Shown here piece after piece: positions 1 through 7,101 of a DNA stretch of 33,411 nucleotides. The position numbers were made by a program, and so were the translations under genes. The DNA is from Bacteroidota bacterium. Lineage in GTDB: Bacteria; Bacteroidota; Bacteroidia; Bacteroidales; CAJPTX01. The notes under the pieces were generated by a model. That model did not search any database. It worked only from the letters and a program-made list of their open reading frames with translations, and was not told the DNA's origin. The DNA is taken from NCBI GenBank assembly GCA_002748015.1, contig PDRH01000047.1, positions 1-33,411 on the forward strand. Reading direction: 5' to 3'. The stretch's first letter is position 1. Every line of letters begins with the position of its first letter.

Positions 1-828
1 TGTATACCGTATGGGATTAATCTCTATCCCCCCCCGACGCGTATACGCACACGCAACCATCAACTCCCCCGGCCCGTATTCCCCAAGCAGGTGCTCATAG
101 AGCGTATCGCAAATCTCCTCATGGAAATGATGCTCATTCCGCATGGACAGAACGTACTCCAGAAAGCCCTTCACCTCAAGCGGCTTCTCGCACCGATAGC
201 GAACGTAGGCCGTCCCCCAGTCCGGCTGCCCCGTTACAGGGCAATGCGACCGCAGTAGGTGCGTTGCCACGCGGAACTCGTACTCCCCGCTGTCAAGCTT
301 CTCACCGTAAACCCCTTCCTGCAGCCTACCCCCCGAAACGAAGCGCTCATCCTCCTCCAGCACGAGATAATCCGAGAAATCGCTCTCCCCACCCTTCACC
401 TGATGCGGCTGCGCCCTAACCTCTACACCCAGCAATGCCGAAAGATCCGCCTCAACCGTCCACCGCATCTCACTGAGAGCATCTTCGGCTGTACGACACT
501 CCGAGTAGCAATGATTGTTGAAGGAGTTGAGATAGAGCTTCAGCGACTTGCTCTCCACAAGCACCTTACTCCCCGCGGCGTACGACATCTTCAGCAGGCC
601 CACGGCCGGAATACCCTCCCCATACAGGCACGAAATCTCATAGGCCTGCCACACATCCACACCCTTACGTGGATATATCCTATCCCCCACATGCAGCACC
701 GAAGCATGCACCGCCCGCGGCACCGCCTGCAGGATGGAAGGCGTGTACTCCATCGGCATCTCTACGCGCTGGCCGAGCACGCCACCGGCCGCCGCATGGC
801 CACCTGATTGTCCTTGCAAATTATCCAT
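1..828 (-). CDS. queF: NADPH-dependent 7-cyano-7-deazaguanine reductase QueF (two-domain type II); last few C-terminal residues lie beyond the window edge
   Basis: Not in the ORF track. My reverse-complement translation from ATG (828..826) is open for all 276 codons to position 1 (no tta/cta/tca triplets in that frame). Product MDNLQGQ...VESKSLKLYLNSFN...HLLRSHCPVTGQPDWGT...MRNEHHFHEEICD...TRRGGIEINP carries the QueF E(S/L)K(S/A)hK(L/Y)(Y/F/W) motif, the catalytic Cys-Pro-Val-Thr-Gly-Gln-Pro-Asp-Trp block and the HE motif. Confidence 0.85.
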   Translation of the reverse strand, partial: MDNLQGQSGGHAAAGGVLGQRVEMPMEYTPSILQAVPRAVHASVLHVGDRIYPRKGVDVWQAYEISCLYGEGIPAVGLLKMSYAAGSKVLVESKSLKLYLNSFNNHCYSECRTAEDALSEMRWTVEADLSALLGVEVRAQPHQVKGGESDFSDYLVLEEDERFVSGGRLQEGVYGEKLDSGEYEFRVATHLLRSHCPVTGQPDWGTAYVRYRCEKPLEVKGFLEYVLSMRNEHHFHEEICDTLYEHLLGEYGPGELMVACAYTRRGGIEINPIRYT

Positions 829-834
829 ATACTT

Positions 835-1893
835 CTATCCTCCTGATTGTAGGCCAAAAACCCTGTCCCTAATCCGCTCCGGTGCTATGTCCAGGCAGGC
901 ATAGTCCCCCCGTGCGCAGGGCTTATTCCCGAAGATGGAGCAGGGGCGGCAGCCCAGCTCCTCATCCTGCACCGCATTATCCAGGCACTGCCCCCAGCCC
1001 ATGAACCCGGCATTCGGATGCGTCGCCCCCCACACCGAGACCACAGGCGTACCCGCCCACGAGGCCAGGTGCATATTGGCCGAATCCATCGAAATCATCG
1101 TATCCAAACGCCGCATCAGCTCCAGCTCCCCACCGAAGCGCAAACCGTAATCCATCACCGACACCAGCTCCGGATGCTCGGCGCGCCACCCATCAAACAC
1201 CGCCTTCTCCCCCTCACCCCCACCGAAGAGGAACACCCGGCAACCCGCCTCCAATAGCAGGGCCACAAGGCGCTCCGCACGCTCCACGGGGTAGATCTTC
1301 CCCCTATGCTTGGCGAAGGGGGCAAAGCCCACCCGCGGTCCAGCTGCCACCAGCTGCTCCGCCAGCTCCGGGGGTATCTCCCCACCCGCAAAGCCACCGA
1401 GCTGCTCCGCCACCTCCACAGGGTAGCCCAGCCGCGCCAGCACATCCCCATACCGCTGCACCGTATGGCGGAGGGGCAAGCTACACGCCCCACGGGTCAA
1501 ACGGCGCTTCGCCGCACGCCCCTTATCTATGGCCGCGCTGCGGGGATGGCGCATGAGGAGCCGCAAGCGTAGAAAGCTCCGAACCAGCCAAACACGCAGC
1601 ACTGAATGCATATCGGCCACCCCATCGTAGGGCCCCAGCTGGGCAATCTCCCTGGCCAGCCGCCAAAGCCCCCCCAGCCCCTTATGCTTATCCCGTATCC
1701 TCGCCGGGATGAAGCGCACGTTCGGCAGGGGCGACACCAGCGGGGCCACGAAGGGCTGCGAGACCAGCACCACCTCAACCCCGGGGTACTGCTCCCCCAG
1801 CGCCTTCAGCACCGGCAGCAGCATGACCACATCGCCCAGCGCGCTCAGGCGAAAGAGCAGCAGCCGCCCACACCTAGCATTTCCCTCTTTCAT
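835..1893 (-). CDS. Glycosyltransferase family 9 (ADP-heptose:LPS heptosyltransferase-like)
   Basis: 352-aa ORF. N-terminal RLLLFRLSALGDVVMLLPVLKAL matches the GT9 hallmark (RxxxxGDxxxxxP). C-terminal ISMDSANMHLASWAGTPVVSVWG matches the GT9 nucleotide-sugar-binding region. Its stop is 6 nt from the queF start. Confidence 0.85.
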   Translation of the reverse strand: MKEGNARCGRLLLFRLSALGDVVMLLPVLKALGEQYPGVEVVLVSQPFVAPLVSPLPNVRFIPARIRDKHKGLGGLWRLAREIAQLGPYDGVADMHSVLRVWLVRSFLRLRLLMRHPRSAAIDKGRAAKRRLTRGACSLPLRHTVQRYGDVLARLGYPVEVAEQLGGFAGGEIPPELAEQLVAAGPRVGFAPFAKHRGKIYPVERAERLVALLLEAGCRVFLFGGGEGEKAVFDGWRAEHPELVSVMDYGLRFGGELELMRRLDTMISMDSANMHLASWAGTPVVSVWGATHPNAGFMGWGQCLDNAVQDEELGCRPCSIFGNKPCARGDYACLDIAPERIRDRVFGLQSGG

Positions 1894-1929
1894 CTACTGT
1901 TCAAACCACAGGCTACACCACGGCAAGCC

Positions 1930-2556
1930 CTAGAGCGCCTGCCCCTTCAGCATCGGGTTGAGCGAGGGATCGTTGTACATCTTCATCTGCTTGTACACCT
2001 TCATCACCTTCTCGCCCTTGCCGTAGGCCTCCAGCAGCTGGTCCATCGCCAGCGACAGATCCGCCCGCTGCTCCAGCAGCACATCCAGCTTCGCCTGGCA
2101 GGTATCCCGGTGCTCCTGCGTAGCCGACAAATCCGTTGCCTGCTGCTGCATCATGTAGATCTTCAGCGATAGGATGGAAAGGCGATCCACCGCCCAGGCC
2201 GGCGACTCCGTGTTCAACGTGGCCCCCTCCTGCGCCGCCACAGCGCTGAACTTCTCCAGGAAGTAGGAGTCGATCATCTCCACCAGGTCCGTACGGTTCT
2301 GGTTGGAGCGGTCGATACGGCGCTTTATCTTTAGCGCCTCCTCCGGCTTAATTTCCGGGTCACGGATGATATCCTCCAGGTCCCACTGCACGTTGTCTAT
2401 CCAGTTCTTCTCATAGAGGCGCGCCTCTATGGTCCCCGCCTCGAAGGGGTTGTCGCAGGCCGCATCCACATCGCCCAGCCGGCGGTAGCTCGTAATGCAG
2501 TCCCAGAATATACGGTTGCACAGCGTGCTAAAAGTCATCTTGCTCGAATCGGTCAT
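1930..2556 (-). CDS. DUF4254-like conserved protein
   Basis: 208-aa ORF with coding-like composition. Its start is 2 nt after the upstream gene's stop. The family call is from memory of Bacteroidota proteins of this size that sit next to GT9 genes; it was not verified. Confidence 0.6.
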   Translation of the reverse strand: MTDSSKMTFSTLCNRIFWDCITSYRRLGDVDAACDNPFEAGTIEARLYEKNWIDNVQWDLEDIIRDPEIKPEEALKIKRRIDRSNQNRTDLVEMIDSYFLEKFSAVAAQEGATLNTESPAWAVDRLSILSLKIYMMQQQATDLSATQEHRDTCQAKLDVLLEQRADLSLAMDQLLEAYGKGEKVMKVYKQMKMYNDPSLNPMLKGQAL

Positions 2557-2558
2557 CT

Positions 2559-4421
2559 CTACTTTTCATTTTGGGTACTCGGATGCTGCAAGCCCTCCGG
2601 CGACAACACCCGCTCTATTTCCTCCTTGGTGAGCCACTCCTTCTCCAGCACCAGCTCATAAACAGTTCGCGCGCTGCCCATCGCCTCCTCCGCCACCTCG
2701 CGCATTCTATCGTAGCCCAGCAGCGGGGTCAGGGCCGCCGCCAAACCCACACTCCCGTAGACCATCTCGCGGCAGCGGTTCGCATTGGCCGTGATGCCCT
2801 CCACGCAACGGTACTGCAGGGTCTTCAGCCCATTCTTCAGCATCACCACCGACTCGAAGATCGACTGCACCACCACCGGCTGGAAGACATTCAGCTCCAG
2901 CTGACCCGCCTCCACGGCCATCGTAACCGCCTGGTCATTCCCTACCACCTTAAAGGCCAGCTGATTCACCACCTCTGGTATCACCGGGTTCACCTTCCAG
3001 GGCATAATCGCTGAGCCTGGCTGGCGCGCAGGCAGGTTGATCTCATGCAAGCCACCGGCCGGCCCCGACGAGAGTAGGCGTAGGTCGTTGCACACCTTCG
3101 ACACCTTCACCGCCAGCCGCTTCAGCTCGGCCGAGTACTTCAGGAAGTCGGATGCATCCTGCGTTGCCAGGATGGGGTTCGGCGCCAGCGTTACGTCAAA
3201 GCCCGTCAGCTCCCGCAGGTAGCCCACGCATTTCTCCGCGTAGGTCGGCGCAACCCCCAGCCCCGTACCAATCACGGTGGCCCCCATGTTCACCTTCAGG
3301 AAGTGCGCCGCCGCACGGTTCAAGTTCTCGCTCTCCCCCTTCAGCATATCAGCCCACGCCCCGAACTCCTGCCCCAGGGTCATCGGCACGGCGTCCTGCA
3401 GCTGCGTACGCCCCAGCTTCACCACATGCGCAAACTCCTGCGCCTTCGCCGCAAAGGCCTCCGCGATGCTCTCCACCGCCTCGGTCAGCTTCTGGTTGAT
3501 CATGTACACCCCCAGCCGCATGGCCGTCGGGTAGGTGTCGTTGGTCGACTGCGACATGTTCACGTGGTGGATCGGGTGGCAGTACAGGTAGTCCCCCTTC
3601 CTATGCCCCATGATCTCAAGCGCACGGTTGGCAATCACCTCGTTGGCATTCATGTTGGTCGAGGTCCCCGCCCCGCCCTGCAGCATGTCCACCACGAAGT
3701 AGTGGTGGTACTTCCCGTTGATTATCTCCCCGCAGGCCTCCACGATCGCGTCCCGCACGCCCTCGGCCAGGAGACCAAGGTCGCAGTTCGCCCGCGCCGC
3801 CGAGGCCTTCACCATCGCCAGGCCGTTGACTATGGAGGGGTAGAAGCCTATCGTAACCCCCGACACCATGAAGTTCTCAGTCGCCCGCAGGGTCTGAATG
3901 CCATAGTAGCTCTCGGCCGGCACATTGCGCTCGCCCAACAAATCCTGCTCCATCCGCGTGGCCCCCGAGAAGTACTGCGCCCCCGAGTGGATGCGCTGCA
4001 TATTGGCCTGCCCCATCCGCATGGAGACGATGTGTACTATCCGCGAGAACACCTTCAGCGTGGCATCCGCATTCTTACGGAAGAAGTCCTTGCCCACCAG
4101 CAGGGCCTTCACGTCCGTGAGCGCCCGCGCCGAGGTGGAGTGCGTCGACCCCTCCATCCACGAGCCCTCGCCCAGGAAATCCCCCTCGTGGAAGAGCGCC
4201 AGCTGCTGCTCCCCCCCGTAGGCCGCCGACTTGAACAGCTCCACATTCCCCTCCAGCAGCAGAAAGAACTCCTCCCGCGGCCCATTCTGGAAGAAGAGCA
4301 AATCTCCCGGCCGGTAGGAATCCTCCTTGACGTGCTCGGCCAGCACCCCGAGCTGCTCATGCGTGAACTCCTCGAAGAGCTTCACGCCCCCCAGGAAGTC
4401 TATCATCTCCTGCCTATCCAT
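2559..4421 (-). CDS. aspA: Aspartate ammonia-lyase with an N-terminal cyclic-nucleotide-binding-like domain (fusion protein)
   Basis: 620-aa ORF. Residues ~155-620 align along their full length with E. coli AspA (RMEQDLLGERNVPAESYYGIQTLRATENF; QGGAGTSTNMNANEV; QSTNDTYPTA; GRTQLQDAVPMTLGQEF; SS loop GSAIMPWKVNPVIPE). Residues ~10-125 show a CRP-type cNMP-binding pattern (FEEF...PGDLLFFQNG...FFLLLEGNVELF...FLGEG...SARALTDVKALLV). Confidence 0.9.
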   Translation of the reverse strand: MDRQEMIDFLGGVKLFEEFTHEQLGVLAEHVKEDSYRPGDLLFFQNGPREEFFLLLEGNVELFKSAAYGGEQQLALFHEGDFLGEGSWMEGSTHSTSARALTDVKALLVGKDFFRKNADATLKVFSRIVHIVSMRMGQANMQRIHSGAQYFSGATRMEQDLLGERNVPAESYYGIQTLRATENFMVSGVTIGFYPSIVNGLAMVKASAARANCDLGLLAEGVRDAIVEACGEIINGKYHHYFVVDMLQGGAGTSTNMNANEVIANRALEIMGHRKGDYLYCHPIHHVNMSQSTNDTYPTAMRLGVYMINQKLTEAVESIAEAFAAKAQEFAHVVKLGRTQLQDAVPMTLGQEFGAWADMLKGESENLNRAAAHFLKVNMGATVIGTGLGVAPTYAEKCVGYLRELTGFDVTLAPNPILATQDASDFLKYSAELKRLAVKVSKVCNDLRLLSSGPAGGLHEINLPARQPGSAIMPWKVNPVIPEVVNQLAFKVVGNDQAVTMAVEAGQLELNVFQPVVVQSIFESVVMLKNGLKTLQYRCVEGITANANRCREMVYGSVGLAAALTPLLGYDRMREVAEEAMGSARTVYELVLEKEWLTKEEIERVLSPEGLQHPSTQNEK

Positions 4422-4477
4422 ATGTACTATATACCTTATCCATTTGCATGCGCCGAGTGGAGGGGGCTAACAAGCCC

Positions 4478-4485
4478 CAAATATA
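4478..4485 (-). promoter_or_regulatory. Bacteroidota sigma-A -7 box (TATATTTG) for the aspA-fusion operon
   Basis: Plus-strand CAAATATA is TATATTTG on the minus strand, 57 nt upstream of the ATG at 4421. It matches the TAnnTTTG consensus. Confidence 0.5.
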
Positions 4486-4521
4486 GGCAATTTATCCTAG
4501 GTAGTATCGGCCTTTTTTACC

Positions 4522-4529
4522 TACCTTTG
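4522..4529 (+). promoter_or_regulatory. Bacteroidota -7 box (TACCTTTG)
   Basis: Exact TAnnTTTG match 34 nt upstream of the ATG at 4563. Confidence 0.55.
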
Positions 4530-4562
4530 CCCCCGCAAATTAAACCCTAATAACATTTCAAG

Positions 4563-5054
4563 ATGAAGAAGGTACTGATAGCGCTTGCCCTGGCATCCGC
4601 CGCCACATTCGCCCTGTCCAGCTGCGGAGGCAACGCCAACCAGCAGCAGAGCGCAGATTCCCTCCAAACCCAGGAGGCGGATTCCGCCGCGGCTTGCGAG
4701 GCTAAAGCCCCAGCCGCAGAGCCCCTAGCCGATGAGTTTCCCGCACACGGCACCTACAAGGGTACGCTCCCCTGCGCCGACTGCCCCGGCCTGGAGACCA
4801 CCCTCACCATCGAGCCCGACGGGGCATACACCCTAACCCAGGAGTACGAGAAGAAGGGCGAGCCCGGCAAGTTCGAGTACAAGGGCATGGCCACCTTTAG
4901 CGACGGCCTCATCACCCTACCCATCGACCCCGCCGACTCCTCATCCTACATGATTCTGGAGTGCGCCGAACCGGGCCTCATCATGCAGCACGAGACCCAC
5001 GACAGCATGACCCCCGAGGAGGAGGCCATGTATCACCTTCTACCCATGGAGTAG
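4563..5054 (+). CDS. Lipoprotein with an NlpE/CutF N-terminal-type domain
   Basis: Signal peptide plus lipobox (ALSSC). YKGTLPCADCPGLETTLTIEPDGAYTL matches the NlpE N-terminal motif (Y-x-G-x-LPCADCxG...L.L..DGtY). Confidence 0.8.
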   Translation: MKKVLIALALASAATFALSSCGGNANQQQSADSLQTQEADSAAACEAKAPAAEPLADEFPAHGTYKGTLPCADCPGLETTLTIEPDGAYTLTQEYEKKGEPGKFEYKGMATFSDGLITLPIDPADSSSYMILECAEPGLIMQHETHDSMTPEEEAMYHLLPME

Positions 5055-5091
5055 GCAGACCCATCTACCCATAGGCCAAGGCGCCTAAGCA

Positions 5092-5127
5092 GGGGGCTAC
5101 CGTAGCAGCTTACGGTAGCCCCCTTTT
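5092..5127 (+). terminator. Rho-independent terminator of the NlpE-like gene
   Basis: Perfect 13-bp stem GGGGGCTACCGTA / TACGGTAGCCCCC (5092-5104 / 5111-5123) with a 6-nt loop, followed by TTTT. Confidence 0.75.
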
Positions 5128-5204
5128 CCTTTACCCCTCGCATCGCCCCGCAGGATACCTATTAAACAATTAATCCCAACCAACAGGTTAGGAACACCCC
5201 CTAT

Positions 5205-5261
5205 CCGCCTAGGCTGCCGCTCCGAATTTCACGGGTGAAATTCGGAGCGGCAGTTAGGGCG
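5205..5261. repeat. 57-nt palindromic element, copy A (18-bp perfect stem, 4-nt loop, CCGCCTAGG / TTAGGGCG flanks)
   Basis: CTGCCGCTCCGAATTTCA (5214-5231) pairs perfectly with TGAAATTCGGAGCGGCAG (5236-5253). It lies between the terminators of two convergent genes and has no adjacent T-run. It is related to the element at 22751-22807. Confidence 0.6.
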
Positions 5262-5312
5262 AAACCCTACCGGATACACTGATTCCCCTAGGGATGCGGG
5301 ATACTAGAGCGC

Positions 5313-5354
5313 AGAAAAGCCCGTTTTTGCCCCAGAAGGGGGCAAAAACGGGCT
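5313..5354 (-). terminator. Rho-independent terminator of hydG
   Basis: 16-bp perfect stem AGCCCGTTTTTGCCCC / GGGGCAAAAACGGGCT (5318-5333 / 5339-5354). On the minus strand it is followed by TTTCT. It lies about 110 nt downstream of the hydG stop. Confidence 0.7.
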
Positions 5355-5462
5355 AATATTAATTGTAGATTTTAGAGACGAACCCCTACGAGAGACCTCA
5401 ATTTAAGGGTTAGAGTACGAAATGTGGGGCATCTTCTCCTAGCACCTGGCGATAAATGGCCG

Positions 5463-6887
5463 CTAGAAGTACAAGTCGCGCTCCCCCCGTGCGATACGTT
5501 CCAGGCGGTCGGCCAGCTGGCGGCGGTGCTTGTCCTGGGGCATCTCCTCGAGGAGGCGGGCAATGGCCCTGTCCCCCTTGGCACGGAGGTCAGCATCTGC
5601 GTAGTCGTGCAGGTACTCCGAGAGGGTGAGGATGGCGTTGGGGGTGCAGTAGCGCTTGATGAAGCCCGGTACGGAGAACTCCATGAAGTGCTCGCCGGTG
5701 CGCCCAAGGCGGTAGCAGGCGGTGCAGAAGGATGGTACGTGGTTGTGGTCGAGGAGGTCATCAATAATGGCGGCCAGCTGGCGTTCATCGTTGATGCGGA
5801 ACTGCTCGCGGTCGAGGTCCTGGGCATCCTCATCCTGGGAGTAGGCGCCGATCTCGAGCTTGGTGCCACCGTCAATCTGGGAGATACCGAATTCAAGTAC
5901 ACGGTCGCGCACGGAGATGGGTTCGCGGGCGGTGAGTATCATGCCGGTGTAGGGTACAGCCAGACGGAGGACGGCAACCATACGGAGGAAGTCATCGTCG
6001 TGGAGGGCGTACTCCTCGGGCGGCTTGACATCGGAGGCCTCCTGTATGCGGGGGAAGGAGATGGTGTGGGGGCCAACGTTGTAGCAGGCCTCGAGGTGGT
6101 TGGTATGGCGGACTAGGGCCATGGCCTCATAGCGCCAATCGTAGAGGCCGAAAAGGGCGCCTATACCCACGTCATCGAGCCCCGCCTCCTGGGCGCGGTC
6201 GAGGGCGGTGAGGCGGTAGTTGAAGTCGGCCTTGGGGCCGGAGAGGTGGTAGCGGCGGTAGGCCTCGGGGTGGTAGGTCTCCTGGAATATCTGGTAGGTG
6301 CCTATGCCGGCATCGCGGACGGTGCGGAAGCCCTCTATGCTTAGGGGGGCGGCATTGATGTTGACGCGGCGGATCTCGCCATTACCCACCTTGGTCTGGT
6401 AGGCGATTTCGACGGTACGGGCGATGAACTCCGGGGTGTAGGCGGCATGCTCCCCGTATACGAGGATGAGGCGCTTCTGCCCCTGCTGCTCTAGGGCCTC
6501 TATCTGCTCCTTGAGCTGGCGCTCGGTGAGGGTGGTGCGTATGGCCTCGAGGTTGGGGGCGCGGAAGCCGCAGTAGGTGCAGTCGTTCTTGCACTTATTG
6601 CCGATGTAGAGGGGGGCAAAGAGGACGATACGCTGGCCGTAGACCCTGCGCTTAAGGGTTCGCGCGCCCTCTAGGATCTCCTCAACCAGCTGGGGGTCGG
6701 AGGTCTGGAGGAGGGAGGCCGTCTCGGCGAGGTTAAGGCGGTTCTTATCCAGGGACTTGGCGATGACCCCACGGACGTAGGCAGGGTCCGTGTTGGCCTC
6801 ATTGAGGAGGGTATGTATTTCCTGCGGGTCGATGAAGGGCTCCATCGGTCTGTCGGGGATGGCGTAGCGCTCGGGGGTGAATTGCAT
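5463..6887 (-). CDS. hydG: [FeFe]-hydrogenase H-cluster radical SAM maturase HydG (tyrosine lyase)
   Basis: 474 aa. Radical-SAM CX3CX2C motif (CKNDCTYC). The ThiH/HydG core is followed by the HydG-specific C-terminal CX2CX22C motif (CTAC, then exactly 22 residues, then C in ...RYCTPNA), which ThiH lacks. Confidence 0.85.
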   Translation of the reverse strand: MQFTPERYAIPDRPMEPFIDPQEIHTLLNEANTDPAYVRGVIAKSLDKNRLNLAETASLLQTSDPQLVEEILEGARTLKRRVYGQRIVLFAPLYIGNKCKNDCTYCGFRAPNLEAIRTTLTERQLKEQIEALEQQGQKRLILVYGEHAAYTPEFIARTVEIAYQTKVGNGEIRRVNINAAPLSIEGFRTVRDAGIGTYQIFQETYHPEAYRRYHLSGPKADFNYRLTALDRAQEAGLDDVGIGALFGLYDWRYEAMALVRHTNHLEACYNVGPHTISFPRIQEASDVKPPEEYALHDDDFLRMVAVLRLAVPYTGMILTAREPISVRDRVLEFGISQIDGGTKLEIGAYSQDEDAQDLDREQFRINDERQLAAIIDDLLDHNHVPSFCTACYRLGRTGEHFMEFSVPGFIKRYCTPNAILTLSEYLHDYADADLRAKGDRAIARLLEEMPQDKHRRQLADRLERIARGERDLYF

Positions 6888-6911
6888 GGTATTTCTGTTG
6901 AAAAGACGGCG

Positions 6912-6919
6912 CGAAGGTA
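6912..6919 (-). promoter_or_regulatory. Candidate -7 box variant (TACCTTCG) for hydG
   Basis: Minus strand reads TTTTTCTACCTTCGCG, 25 nt upstream of the ATG at 6887. There is one mismatch to TAnnTTTG. The same 11-mer CTACCTTCGCG occurs at 12286-12296 (-). Confidence 0.4.
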
Positions 6920-7101
6920 GAAAAAGGGGGGATTAGGATGCATCCCGGGGAGGGAAAGTTGGAGCCTGGTATGGTCTCGAATATGGTGGTAGCTATCGAT
7001 ACAATTTCGGCGGGGACAGATTCACACGGAGAAGGAGGGGTACTATGCGATACGAGGGAAGGGAATTTGTAAGGAAAGGGGGAAGACTACGGAAGCCGGG
7101 G

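Noticed and set aside
3303-4550. 415-aa plus-strand ORF antisense to the aspartase gene. Similar long shadow ORFs occur at 259..807 (+), 1606..2172 (+), 5424..6116 (+), 22233..22829 (+), 25663..26295 (+), 9451..9897 (-), 16483..16974 (-), 27545..28015 (-) and 28803..29267 (-).
   Set aside because: Their products are R/H/P/L/G-rich low-information sequences with no motifs. Each lies opposite a gene with strong family signatures. Open antisense frames are expected in GC-rich DNA with GC-biased third codon positions.
5286-5293. CCCTAGGG palindrome flanked by GGATAC direct repeats (5272-5277, 5299-5304), considered as an insertion scar or binding site.
   Set aside because: The sequences are too short to distinguish from chance in a 400-bp spacer. 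No other copies are visible in the window.
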